NCBI GenBank assembly: GCA_964035545.1
Contig: OZ037765.1
Location: 29,015,504 to 29,079,503 of the forward strand
From: Bugula neritina
Lineage: Eukaryota > Animalia > Bryozoa
Length of the DNA: 64,000 nucleotides
Direction of reading: 5' to 3'
Shown here: piece by piece, positions 12,620 through 26,039 of the stretch
How the letters are laid out: the number at the start of each line of letters is the position of its first letter
How positions within the stretch are numbered: position 1 is the stretch's first letter
Notes under the pieces: model-generated
The model's database searches: none
The model's input: only the letters and a program-made list of their open reading frames with translations
Told to the model about the DNA's origin: nothing
Translations under genes and position numbers: made by a program

Positions 12620-15600
12620 TTACCTAGCACTGATAATACGGACCCGTAATGCTATATAACAAGCTAAACGCAACAATACAAAAAATGCACACAGAACCAA
12701 AAAATCTATATAAAATGCTCCCTTGTCAACATCCATTTCTTTAAGCATATCTTCAGAATTCCTAAACAGGCAATCTGGAGCCCCTTCGTCACATTCAAGC
12801 TGTGCTCTGTCCATCCCATATATCACATGCAGTACTCCTTCAAAGGAATACCTGAAACAAGGGCAATTTGAAAACTAATGCATGTAGAAGTAAATTAGAA
12901 TGATTTGGCAATACTATGAGTGTCCACACTGCAAATGTTCTGTAAAAACATGGTCATTGCCAATTCTGGAAAGCCAATGTGACTTGTTGACTAAAAATGA
13001 ACAAAAGATTTTCAAACAGGCCTACTTTGATTGGCTGAACAGTGTAAGAAATACACGAATAATCAAAAACATTAAATTTTTAGTAGCTTAAACTATTACT
13101 TCAACATGAAATTATATCTATAAAAAATACAAATCATTAGAAAAATTTTAGACAAAAAGCTTCCTATGGTATTAAGGGTTTTTAAAGGCAAGAAATGTTA
13201 GAATTAATGAAAAAACAAAAAATAGATCAAGTTATTACACATTAGATGGCTATTGCTCAATTCGCAGTTGAAAAAATTTTGGTTTCACTGGGGTTCGAAC
13301 CCAGGACCTTCTGCGTGTGAAGCAGACGTGATAGCCACTACACTATGAAACCCGATGGACAATAGCGCTCCTAATAGTATTCTGATCACAAGCGCAGCCA
13401 ACGTTCTTCTTACCATTACTAATAATTACTCTGCACTATAATTATTGCTTCGCTGTTTAATGATTTTTTCTAAATTTTGAAATAATTTAGGAGCTTTACA
13501 ACAAGTGATAAAAAGCACCTCCTAAGGGCTTATCGCATATGCTAGACTTGTAGGTTACCTAAAAGTTAGCTTCAAATCTGTAATGTTGGATGTACTACCC
13601 AGCTTGAATCCCATGCATTGATTTAATCAGGAGGTTCAACATTAAGTAGCCTATTACTGCTTTATTGCAACATAAACATGCACATAATATAAAAATATTA
13701 TAATAATATTTAAATTTGAATGTGCTTGTCAAACCTTAAAGTTGTTAGTTATTGACAACATATCCCTGGAAAATGAGAAAACTTCCCATCCTTACCTAAT
13801 ATAGGAGAGGTAGGAGAGCCAGTGTAGATACTTGGGCATGGTACCAAAGTTAACAAAGAACCCACTGAATAACATTATAGGGATACCACAGATTGGTCCA
13901 AGGAAAACAGCCACCTGGATATTTAAAACAACAGAAAAGGTAACAATTGGCAGCATCAGCTGATCTCCGCTGCCAGATTATTAGAAACCAGTTAGCAGCT
14001 ATATTACCTTGTATAACCTTGTTCAAAAGTGACATGTTGATAGTTCAGCATAACATAAACCTATGTGCACATAGAACTTTTCTATAAGCAGTTCTGAGTT
14101 GGTGGTGATTGAGTGCAGACTACTTCACTGAGTCACCTCCAACAATTCGAATTTGAATACGTGTTATTGCCAGTTGACCTAAAGCTGACTAGTAGCCATG
14201 TTGAATGACTGTAACACCCACCCAGTAGTAACAACCCACTCTACTATGTTTTGAGACAGCATCTGATATTTAGTTCTATTTATAAGTAAATGATGACATT
14301 CATGTCTACAGTCAGCCCTGAGAGCTGATCACAGCAACTACTCGACAGCAGCTAGCACTGATTTTAGAAGTTAGTCAGCAATTGAATGATGAACATCTAA
14401 AAAGCTTTAAAAATTAACAAAAATCATTTGAAAACCAGTTAGAACCCAAAAGTTTTATTATTATACATAATGGAAAATAGAGGTATTGCTTAGATTTGGA
14501 CCAGCTACCATCTCACTATCAAAGTATGTATAACGTAATGAATATGTTTCAACATTCTGGTATAATACTATCTGGTGCAACCATTACTGCTATTACTCAT
14601 TCAAGTAAAAACATCTTGTGAAATTTTTTATAATTAAATTTACAGAAACAATAATTTTAATTACCAAAATGTTAACTTATATTGTGGAAGCACAATTTAT
14701 ACAAAAAATTGTTCATAGCCAGTCTTTATTATTCTTATTTACGCTGGAATAAACTCAAAATTATTGTCAATTTAAATGTATTTGCTGAACTTTAGAAGAA
14801 CAGCCACACATTAGATAATAATAGAACTATGTTCTATAATCTATACTAATATAATGTATACTAAGAGCTTGCAGGTAAAGTGACAGTTTGCAGTTAAAGT
14901 GACTTTCACCAACCTGCATGGAGGTAGCGGCTCCAATAAGGAACCCTAAGGATTGGCCAACCAGAGCTGTTTGGGTTGCTATGGTGAGGAACATAAAGAA
15001 CCTGAGGAAATCATTAGGTTGGTTAGTCATCCAGTATACAATGCTACCATATACCACCGGAAACACAATCTGCAATACAGAGAAATGGTAATAACACAGA
15101 GCTGTATATTATCAACTGTAAAGGGATAAAACACCCACAAAACTTGATAACAAAGGTCACAATTTTTCAACTGCATACTCTACAAGCTGTAATAAAAATC
15201 GCAGAGAATTGCATCAGCAACATATAATCTGGTAGAAGATAACTTCATATTTGAATATATTTTCTGGTAAAGAACTACACTAACAGTCTTATAATAATGG
15301 TTTAAGATTTAGAAAATCTAGGAACATTAGCTAAATCATGTGTAAAATTGGCAGAAAAACTTAAATACTTTATGATATTTACGTAGTACTTCAACTCAAT
15401 GTGCAATACGCCCATAAATAAAACAGTTTACAATAATCAAGTAACTTTATACGAGAAGATGAAAGACAGAGGAACCATAAATCTACTTTATCTCCACCTG
15501 CATCCGGTATTCTAATGTTACTTGATACTTGATACTGCTAAAAGCTGAAAGGACAGGAGTCCTCATGATTTAAACCAGATGTGCAATAAACAAGCAGTTC

Positions 15601-18600
15601 AACTGGTAAAAGTGCTGTCATGTTGTGAAAGTATGTGAAATGTAACACTAAGCTTAGGGCCACACGGTGCGTATTTTCGCATGCAAAAATTGAAATCACA
15701 AGTAGCAAAGGTGTCCACTGTGCGCGTTGAGAAAACCTTCGCACTTGTCGCTCTGCATTTTCAACGCAAGTGCGAATCGTCTCTGTCGTCGTCACCTAAT
15801 TGGCTGGTAGCTATTCATCAAGCCCAATTTCTTTATTTAGTGCTCTATTCCAGTAAATTGCGTTTTATTGAAAGCGAGTGCGATTTAAAAATGAAAGCTT
15901 TATTTATCACGCATCACTGACGCTACAGTGGACACCTTTGCTACACGTGATTTTAATTTTCGCATGCGAAAATACGCACAGTGTGGCCCTAGGCTAACGG
16001 TTGTGAAAATCACTAATGGAAGTAAGTAAGGTCAACTAGCTATGTGAATTTCCATTTAATTCTTTTTGATGGACTGGTATAACACCCTTGTAAGGTATAA
16101 CAAGTAGGTTACAGCAGAGAAAGGTGTGGAGTAATGCAGGACTACTTTATGATGGTGTAAACTTGGCGGTATATTACTACTCACTTGAAAAGGTAGGTCT
16201 GCCATAGTTTTAGCCCAGTAATAGGACTTTAGGCTATACCAGTAGTTGAGATGCTCCCTTAGAAAGACACTCATCTCCATTGGAACTATAATACACAGAG
16301 TAGAGAGATAACTAAATACTTAATACAGAGTTTAAACTGCACAATAAATATCATAGATTATACAGTTATAACTCTATGTACTGTTACCACTGACCAAGTT
16401 CTAATGCTGATGTAAACCAACAGACTAGCATTTACAGATGTAATTAATCATCAGGAACAGTTGAGCGGTTTATCACCTCTCCATAAAGAAACCTTATCAT
16501 AGACCTAACACACACCTGGGCAGGTATGTAGGAGCCCTTCTGTTGAGTAAGTATTGAATACTATTTAGTCTAATACTACGGCTATGGAGCACAACTCCTA
16601 CACATGACTATTATATTCACTCATCAGTTACTTGTGGTTGAAGCTAGGGCAGCTGTGTTGATTTGCATTACTTTTAGCGTCAAGTAGCTCAAGTTACAGC
16701 AACTAAGGGACTAAATTACAACGAATAAGGGACTAAAAAAAACCTGGGGTTGCTATTAGTGACCATCTCTCACTGAAATAGCTTGGCAATGAACCAGGAC
16801 TACACATAATATTATAGGAGCTGCCAGCTTCAATGATCATGTATCTAGTCTGTGGCATAGCAGGGTACGAGTTGCCAACTGCCCAGTTTCTACTACTTAC
16901 AAAGCTGGATATACTGCAGTACACAGAGATAGAGACTAGTAAGTAGCAACTAGCAGGTGATTCATGTTGTACCTACACCATCACATGATAGACTGACTAT
17001 TGATTGGGTACACGGAGACTAGCTAGTATCGGAGACTAGCTAGTATCGCAGTATATATGGTGACACTGTGAATTACTCCCTCCAGTAAACAGTTGTATGT
17101 TACATGGCAGAGTTCAGTGCAGTTACAGTCACTACCCCCAGAGTGTGTAGACGGCAAACTTACATGTCATGACTGTCGGCATCAAGGCAGCAAACATAAT
17201 AAAGAGGAGACAGAAGTAGAGGCAGCCAGTGTTGTTAAAAGCTTTGCTGGCCATGTTTCCAATCCCTAGATAGAGTAGACCTATCAGGACGCCAACTAGA
17301 ATGTGTATAAGTAGCCTCAGCCTTGTTAATGTCTGCAAGTATTCCAATAACAAGTAACTGTATCGTGTATTGTGTATATGAATAACAAGGCTGAACAAAA
17401 AATAGTGATGCTGGATAAATATTTAGAAAAACAATGCAGTGTTCCATCATCTTTAGTGCTGGTTGGTAGTAGACTTTTATAGGGTACAGGTAAAATCCCA
17501 GCAGCACATTGATTCAAAGATCCCATGAAAACCTCATAATGAAAGATATTGAACAGGGCATTGATTTTACACCTTATAGTAATCCTTTCAATAGGCAATT
17601 ACTTCCATAAAAGAATTTATACAAAGAACAATGCTAAAGAAGCAAAACAATAGAATGAAAGCATACTGCACCAACACATGTTATTAAAATAATATCTCTT
17701 TAACAGCACATATAATACACCTTGCAAGGGCATAGAACAACCAAGTCCCTGCACAACCTCATCATTACAGTTTCATTTGGATATATTATATTAAACTTAC
17801 AACAAAACTGCTACAAATTACTTTAGAATAATAGTCATGTAGGCAAGTCACTCTGACACAGTGAATTCCAAATTATCATTTTAGAATATTCAAGGAAAAT
17901 CCTAACAGCAACCCTTAAAATTGTACAGTTACTGAGAGGAATTTCATCATCACCCATGAGCAAAGTCCTTGGCAGAAGTCCAATGCCATGTATGCATATA
18001 CATGTATAATAACACTGTGCATATACATGTATAATAACACTGTGCATATACATGTATAATAACACTGTGCATATACATGTATAATAACACTGTGCATATA
18101 CATGTATAATAACACTGTGCATATACATGTATAATAACACTGTGCATATACATGTATAATAACACTGTGCATATACATGTATAATAACACTGTGCATATA
18201 CATGTATAATAACACTGCGCATATACATGTATAATAACACTGCGTATATTCATGTATAATAATAACAGATGACTATAGATTAAAAAGTGACACACTTCAA
18301 CCGCAAGATATTCCTAATTAGTACTTTAGTGTCTGAATATCAGATAATTAGTCCCTCTACTTCAGCTGATCACTTGTTAATCTGAAGAGGGCATGACCAA
18401 CCCCTCCCCCTTGAGCACATTTAGGTGCAGTAGCCTAAGTTCTTCAATTTCCCAATAAACTCTAGTTTGAGGGAGAATATAGCTTTTTTGCTACATTTCT
18501 CTCCAAGAATACAGACTTTTCTCAATTTATTCATCACTAAACCCACCTTCTTTAGTAAACAGTCATTGCATAATTTTATCAATTATCTAATTACATCATC

Positions 18601-21600
18601 AATCAATCATTCAACCCACCGCAAGCAATGCCAATGACCATGTGACATAGCAATGACCTTGTATTGCTAACAGGGAAGCATTCCAGTGGGCATTACTTGT
18701 TGTATCACTGTAATCCTAAATACTCACACAATCCCTGAATGCTGATAACATATCTCTAACAAAGAGTACTTTGAACTGAGTAGAGCTGCTTGTGGCAAAC
18801 TGGTGGTCTCTGTGACAGCACCCTGCACTCCCCTCATCCTACAAGGCATTTAGACTAAGGCATTAGATGTTCCCAAGGAATGCAAATATGCACTAAGCTA
18901 GTACACTGCATTCACTTCAGTCACAAGGACACTTAGGATAACACGAAGGTGGTGCTCGTAGGTACTAACAGATTGAACGTGAACACAACAAATCAGAGAA
19001 GAGAATGCAATCCCCATCCCTCACCTAGATGTAGGTTGGATACACAATCCACAACAAGCATAGCATGCATGCAACAATCACAGGTGTGAATTGATGGCCA
19101 GTGAGTAACTAGAGCCAATTATATGATATATAGAAACACACAAGTAGTTAGTCATTAGTAATCACTAGTAATAGTGATAAGCTTGCCTTTTCCAGAAAAG
19201 GAAAACTTTCACTGTAAAGTATCTATGCACTTAGCGTAAAGTAGACCGGACTAGAATGCAATGAATGATGGTGAGTGACCATTTATACCACCAAACAACA
19301 ACCAGGGAAATGAAAGAAGAGCTACTCAAGTCTACTGACCTGTATGTTATTTATCTGCCAAAACAGAGCAACTAATTGACCTTAGTTTATTAAAAACGTC
19401 TGTATTTGCTTCAGCTACAGTGGCTAATGCCATGTAAACAGTGCAGATAATAGATATTATATAGATTTAAGCAACTAATGACAAAGAAGATAGCGTTGGG
19501 TAAGTGAGTGCATGTGGTTAGTATAATTTGGATAGTAACATTCTAAGAACAGCTGTTAGTCAATGTCAATACAGGTTGATATTGTGGAAAGTGTGACATT
19601 GAACAACCTTATCTAAAAGCATTTAGTCCAGTAACCCCCATGACTGTTAGAAGCTCCAAGGATAACACAAGTTCCCATCTGAGGGGTATGAAAGGGAGAT
19701 AAGGAGCCAACAAGGCCAAGCCAGGGTCAAGTTTGAAGATATGCTAGCATATTCATCACATCATAAACAAACCTCTTCAGAGGATTCTTTGCTGCTGCTA
19801 TCAGTGCCATGAAGTTCATTGAACATCTCGTAGCTGCTGGCCTTGTCTTTGCGTGATGACGTTTTGCCACCAGCACTGCTGTTGCTTGTGCAAGGGGTGG
19901 AGGATGAGTCATTGCTTATGCAAGAGTTACTGTCTCTTTTGGTATCTTTACGCGAGAGTGAGGGTCTGACAGAAGGGGCCAGACTGCTGGACCTCTTGGG
20001 CAAACACATTCTGTACTTATTGTTGTACTCGTCACATTTACCAGAGAGAACTGCCTGGGCCAATTTCTGTACAACTTCTTCTCCAAAGTCACCATTTATC
20101 ACCTCCATAACTGTTTAGTTGAGTAAAAACTTAACCAGTGAGCATCTCTGATTATACAAGGCAGTATTAGTAAGTAATAACATGCTGGGAAATTTTAAAA
20201 ACAACTTTGCTATTTAGTTATACTCTACACTCTACAGAGACACCTCTTATAGACCAATATGCAGTTTCTATTTTAGATTGCAGCAAAAACAGTTTCAGTA
20301 TCAGGCTCCAGCTTTGATATATTATATACACATTATACACACATTATACGGTCAATGGCTAAACATAGAGACTAGATGTTCAACTGAAAACAACTAAGAT
20401 AGAGTTGGAACCCAGAGCCAATTATATCCTGTTTCACCATAACAATAACTTTTAATCCTATCTAATGATAGGATTAAAAGACCTTGGAATGGCTATAAAG
20501 TTCTCAGAGTGACAAGATGTTATAAGCTGGCACTGTGTACCTTGGACAGTAACCCAAGTAACTGATATAAACAACAACGGCCCCTCCTTGCCTAACAGCA
20601 CAGATACAAATTAGTAGGTTTATATAAATACAATTTATAGGAAGTATGGAACTAGTCAACTAGCATAAGAATAAGAATAACAAAATGTAAACAGATGTAT
20701 TTAATGTACCTTCAACAGTAAAGAATAACATGACATTAGAATAACCTACTGAAATCTGCAGGGTTGTGGTAAGGGGGACAATTGAGATCAAAAGTTTGCA
20801 AATAATGCACTAGATGTAGCACCTTTCCCTTGTATACACACTGCCCTTTAGCCAATAGGTAAAGCTAAAACAAACCAAGAAAAGTACTTGCATAATGTAA
20901 TATAATGCAAAATATAATGTGTTGTGTTTTAAATATATAGATGTATGTTTATTATCGCAGACTAAAAGAAAAAAGATCTGAAAGAAGAGATAAGAGAATG
21001 AATAACAAAAAGTGCTAGGTTTTATAACAGTCTAAAGATAGCCATTTTGTAGTAGTCAAAATCATTGCATCACAATAGAGAAAAGCATAATGTAGCTAGC
21101 ATAGCTATGATAATAGTGAAGCTGTAATTATTCAACAAGCTTTCCAAGCTCATGTGATGTCCCAACATAATGTATAATATTACACATTATATAACACAAT
21201 ATAATGTACTAGTAGGGAGAGCCACTAACCCCAGCACTCACAGTGCATTACAGTCATGGCATATAAATAACTGCTGTTAAATAGGAAATGTTATTGCATA
21301 TTCATTACCAGCAGTTCATTCAACCTTTCAGTAATTTACTAACTGCTACGGAATATCAAAAATGGTTGCATATTATAAATAACAGGAAAATCTGCATACT
21401 TTTAGTGTGCTCAACTCATGGATAAATACAATATAAAGTATTAATAGACTAAATGAACTTGGCTACACATTAACAGTTTACATTGTGGTTTACCTTATCA
21501 CAACTGCTTGTGTTATTACTTAAAGCTGACTTGCGCTATAATATTTCTAAGAATAACAGACCTACAGTTGCACAAAAAGCAGTACCCAAAACTAAAGACA

Positions 21601-22465
21601 ATATACTATAGAGTATAGATATTCCACAGCAATACTGTACTATTTTGACTACTTGCAGGCCAAGCTGGTCTTGTTTTACTATGTACAGAAGAATAATAAA
21701 CTAATAGTTATCTGTGATGGACACTCACGTTGTCAAACATCTCAAAGGTTTTGGCACTTGGTTGGTGCATGGTGCAGACAACAGTGCGACCACCTCTAGC
21801 CAGTTGCTGCAGTATGGAGATGCACTGATTGGTTGAGTTACTGTCCAGACCACTTCAAAATATAACATGGTAACATTAGCAGCAGACAGCAATTCCAAGT
21901 TGTGTAATATTAAATAACCAGTTAGATAGTCAGTAACAGAGTATTAAAAGTAGAGTTACCTGTATATTAAACATACAGCCAGATGATAATACTGAAGACG
22001 AAACTGCTTCACACTAAGAAAAACAGGAGCCAGGAGAATATGTTAGCTCATTAGCATAGTAATTAAGCAGGTAATATTCTAAGTTATAATTGCATTCACT
22101 TCCTCCTAGTTTATTGATTTACTATCAGTGGTGGTAGAGATTATAGTACCAGAGTAGTAGGTGATAGTAGCAGTAGTAGCAGTAATAGCAGTAGCAGTAG
22201 TAGCAGTAATAGCAGTAGCAGTAGTAGCAGTAGCAGTAGTAGTAGCAGCAGCAGCAGTAGTAGTAGCAGTAGTAGTAGCAGCAGCAGCAGTAGTAGTAGT
22301 AGTAGCAGTAGTAGCAGTAGTAGTAGTAGTAGCAGTAGTAGTAGTAGCAGTAGTAGTAGTAGTAGTAGTAGCAGTAGTAGCAGTAGTAGTAGCAGCAGCA
22401 GCAGTAGTAGCAGCAGTAGTAGTAGCAGCAGCAGCAGTAGTAGTAGTAGTAGTAGTAGTAGTAGC

Positions 22466-22500
<35 letters not shown>

Positions 22501-25500
22501 CAGTAGTAGTAGTAGCAGTAGTAGTAGTAGTAGTAGCAGTAGTAGTAGTAGTACAGTATGTGATATGAGTACATGAAAGCACATCTGCACCCAATATTTG
22601 ATGCATCATTAACAACAGAACTGTGGGAAGACTGGCATTCTGCAGCTACAATATCCGGCTTACCTTGTTGGCTCATCAAAGAACATGAGAGGTGGGTTGT
22701 TGACTAGTTCCAAGGCTATGGCCAAACGTTTTCTTTGGCCGTTTGTTAAGTTGGCTGTTCTGGTTGTTCTGCACTCAGTAAGGTTCATCATGTCTAGAAT
22801 ATCTTCTACCTGTATCATGATCAACACAAAACACTGTTAAATATGTGTCAGATATGAGGGTGAGCAATGCTATTACTAGCAGTACACTGATACTGCTGTT
22901 TCTTGATTCATCCACCTAAACATAACAATAATCAGTAGAATATTAGTCCTTCCCATATTAACACACATAGGTAAGACATGTGCTTTGACTGGTGTACTTG
23001 ATTTACATGCCCAACAAATTTTCAAGCCTACACAAAATGGCTCAATAGACATAAATCCATTACAGTCAATAAGCAAAGCTGAAGGTATTAGAAAGACTGT
23101 TATTAAAGTGCACTAAGAGAACTTTTTCAATAGCAGTAAAAAATGACAGAAATAATTAATTTAAACAGGGCAGATGTCAGCTTGCTGGATAGTATAGCAG
23201 CGTGTGGTGTTACGCTTAGTATGGTCTTAGTTATAACATAACAACTGAAACTAAGGAGTTGGGACTGTTAGGTGCAAACTACCAGATTGTGTAAAATGTT
23301 CATGATTAGTGGGAAGTGTCATAACTGGAAAACATCAAAATGTAAAGTTTCAGAGAGAACTATTCAACTTAACAATTAATCACTATAATGGATATTAGAA
23401 TAGCTCTTATTCTCAAGGCAGGCACACTGGGGTTGATGGCTGGTTCCTTGATATTATAATATAGTCTATAATATAGACTATTCATCTTCATGAGTTTTTG
23501 GAAAGTACTTGAAACTGTAGCACCCAGTACACCCCACAAACCCTTGCTTATGTGTGTAAAACTCTGCTCATTAATGTTGTCACAAATACAACAGAAAATT
23601 GATTTGTTAGCGTCAATAAGCTGCATGACCAGCCTCATCATGTAAAGAGCAAAGATAACACACCAAAGACTGTTTATCTTCAGTGACCATGGATTCTGCT
23701 AGTTTAAGGTTGGCAGAGCATATCAATGCCTCCTCCACAGCTAAATGCGGCAGCAGTTGATCGTCCTGCATGATGTAGCATGATATCTTCCGGAATTTTC
23801 TCAAGTTTCGCACAGACCCGTTAGTTGTTATATCTCCTTCTACGTGATTGGTTCTAAATAAACGTAATAACAACATTGCAGCAAATTTACAGAATAATTG
23901 ATTTTGTGCTGATCAATAATCGGACAAGCTACACAAGAAATATAAAGTTTATCCACTAAGTAACTTACTAGGTTCTCTTCACATGAACTCCAGCATTTTG
24001 ATACTTAAGAAGTGCCAACAGTAATTATATCACATAGCAAGTTTATATTCACTAAATTATAAAATACCCACATGCAGGGAATATAATACACTATAAATTT
24101 GTATAACTTAGCAAACAATGTGTTCAGTGAATTACAGCGCCAGCGTGACTCACAACATATGTATGAGATAAGGGAGGAGTGAAATGTAAGCTCTTCACGA
24201 AACAACAGATTAAAAGGCATCAGCCTTCTGCTCAGTCAGCTACTGAATTGAAAATGAAGGACAGTCAATTATTTTATGGACCAACATTGTGAGTATGTGG
24301 TGAGGAGGCCTTAACCAAGCTGCAAGATGGCCATGAAAATTTTGCTAAGTGCAAGTTGAGTTAGCTGCAGATGGTAGCTTGTTGTTGAAACTGCTTACAG
24401 TTGTATATAAGCTGTTCATAGCAAATAGTCTAATAACAACAATGTAGCAGTGCTGAGTGGAGGCTGACAACATCAATCAATATTCAACCAACAAACACTA
24501 CTAAATGTATGATCAGCTCCAGCAGAGATGGTGGGCAGCCATTACAACACAAGCAGTACTGCAGCTGTATTAGCTGGTCCTAGCACTCACTTGTATCCAG
24601 CTAGTATGTTCATCAGTGAAGATTTCCCGGCACCAGAAGGGCCCATAATGGCGGTTAGTTCACCAGATGGAAACATTCCAGATATGTTTTTAAGTATTTG
24701 TGAGTTTGCTAGAGGAACATAAACAGCAGTCCAGTTATTACCAATACTTAATGTATGCTCACTAATGAAATAGTTACAATGGTGTTCTGTATGGGATTCA
24801 ATGGTAATTTTGGGCTAACGTAACTTGTCTCCAGCAATAGGATGCAAGTAGAAGATAAAAGCTTTTTTTAGTAATCACACATCTTAGAAAACAAAATTGT
24901 TATTTTAAATAAGGGTGGTTTATATAAAGCTTGACAGCTTCTTGCCAAGCATAGCAATAGAAAATCACATCAAAGTTCAAAATTATTTTTACATAACATT
25001 AATGTGACCTTTACTTTCAACACAAAACAACTGTGACATCAATGCATGGCTCTTATCCAATTATTACAAAGGGTAAGTAAGCCTGGAAGATGTATTAAGT
25101 GGCAAAGGTCTCTATTGAAAGCGCCTTATTGCTACAGCTGATAGGGTGTGTGGTTTCAATCTCAGTCAGCTGATTGTGTTTTATCAGCTTCCTTAATCAC
25201 GGATGAAATACGCAATACAAAGTTGGCAATTGATAATAAAATGATAGCCGTAATTCTATGCACCAATACACAAATGTGCCACAGCTTACTCCACTTTATA
25301 AAGAAATAAAAACTGCTATAATTATTAACAACTGGCTCATTTGACAAAAATGGACGACTAGAGATAAACAGTTGACTATTTACTTACGATTGCCCAATCC
25401 ACGAGGTATAGAATACGACAGATCAATAAATTCAAGATCCACAACTTTTTTACCGCAGCTAATTCCAAATGGTTGGGGAACTGAGTCATTTTCACTACTA

Positions 25501-25604
25501 GTGGACCTCAGTAACTTAGTAGAATCAGATCCAGGGATGCCTGGACTTTTGTTAGAACTCAATGTAGAAGGAAGGTGCACAGCGACTGATAACAAGTCAG
25601 CCAT
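12620..25604 (-). CDS. ABCG1/ABCG4-like ATP-binding cassette half transporter (NBD-TMD), complete, 13 coding exons
   Basis: Exons 25604-25388, 24708-24591, 23853-23664, 22809-22664, 21852-21729, 20864-20750, 20110-19773, 18838-18728, 17332-17164, 16285-16185, 15069-14914, 13914-13796, 12851-12620. Walker A GPSGAGKS; Q-loop [10 protein letters not shown]; signature [20 protein letters not shown]; Walker B/D-loop MFFDEPTSGLD; H-loop TMHQPS; NPADF motif; TMD motifs [23 protein letters not shown] and WMTNQPND, typical of ABCG1/4. Confidence 0.93.
13280..13352 (-). tRNA. tRNA-Val (anticodon CAC)
   Basis: GGTTTCATAGTGTAGTGGCTATCACGTCTGCTTCACACGCAGAAGGTCCTGGGTTCGAACCCCAGTGAAACCA, 73 nt. Perfect 7-bp acceptor stem; anticodon arm TCTGC-TTCACAC-GCAGA; T arm CTGGG-TTCGAAC-CCCAG; T6 Pol III terminator 3 nt downstream (13276-13271). 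Confidence 0.95.
15652..15994. mobile_element. MITE, PIF/Harbinger-like (TAA target duplication, ~70-bp TIRs)
   Basis: GCTTAGGGCCACACGGTGCGTATTTTCGCATGC...GCATGCGAAAATACGCACAGTGTGGCCCTAGGC, flanked by TAA at 15649-15651 and 15995-15997; non-coding interior. Confidence 0.85.
17990..18265. repeat. 25-bp minisatellite, about 11 copies
   Basis: Unit ATACATGTATAATAACACTGTGCAT, near-perfect copies. Confidence 0.95.
19340..19354 (-). other. candidate 15-nt cassette microexon (INNIQ) of the ABCG gene
   Basis: Minus strand: ctaaggtcaattagtTGCtctgttttggcag|ATAAATAACATACAG|gtcagt. Phase 0-0, matching both flanking exons; no stop. Confidence 0.55.
22160..22552. repeat. compound (TAG/CAG)n trinucleotide microsatellite, ~390 bp
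   Basis: Continuous GTA/GCA triplets in an ABCG intron; source of the poly-L, poly-T, poly-Y/C and poly-V/A ORFs. Confidence 0.97.
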
Positions 25605-26039
25605 CTTGCCACTAAACACCAATAAATAGGCACTTTAGGAAAAATATCCCAAAATGCTAATCTTTACAGATAAGCTTGTATAATAATGTAAACATTTACA
25701 GCTAAGCTTAATGTCATATAGCTGTGTCAAACTTAATACAGTAAAGATATTGATAAAATAAGCAAAGTGGTTTTTAAGCATTCATATTAGCTTTATAGAC
25801 ATGAGTTATTAGAATAAACTCAATTTTTACCACTAGCAAGAATTATAAAGCTTAGCACTTAGTATATTTACACCCATACAACATCAAAAACTATTTTATT
25901 AGCAATTAATAATAATATGTATTTAATAAACTTTATTTTTGAAAGTAAGTGAAGTTCTGCAGCACATTACAGTAACACTGGGTTATTAGTTATTCATATA
26001 TATTGAACAACTACAAAACATAACATAAACATCAGTGGC

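Noticed and set aside
17835-18295. Three overlapping repetitive ORFs; CRISPR-like regularity
   Set aside because: A 25-bp tandem repeat with no unique spacers, inside a eukaryotic intron.
22106-22679. Poly-T, poly-L, poly-Y/C and poly-V/A ORFs
   Set aside because: Translations of the intronic TAG/CAG microsatellite.
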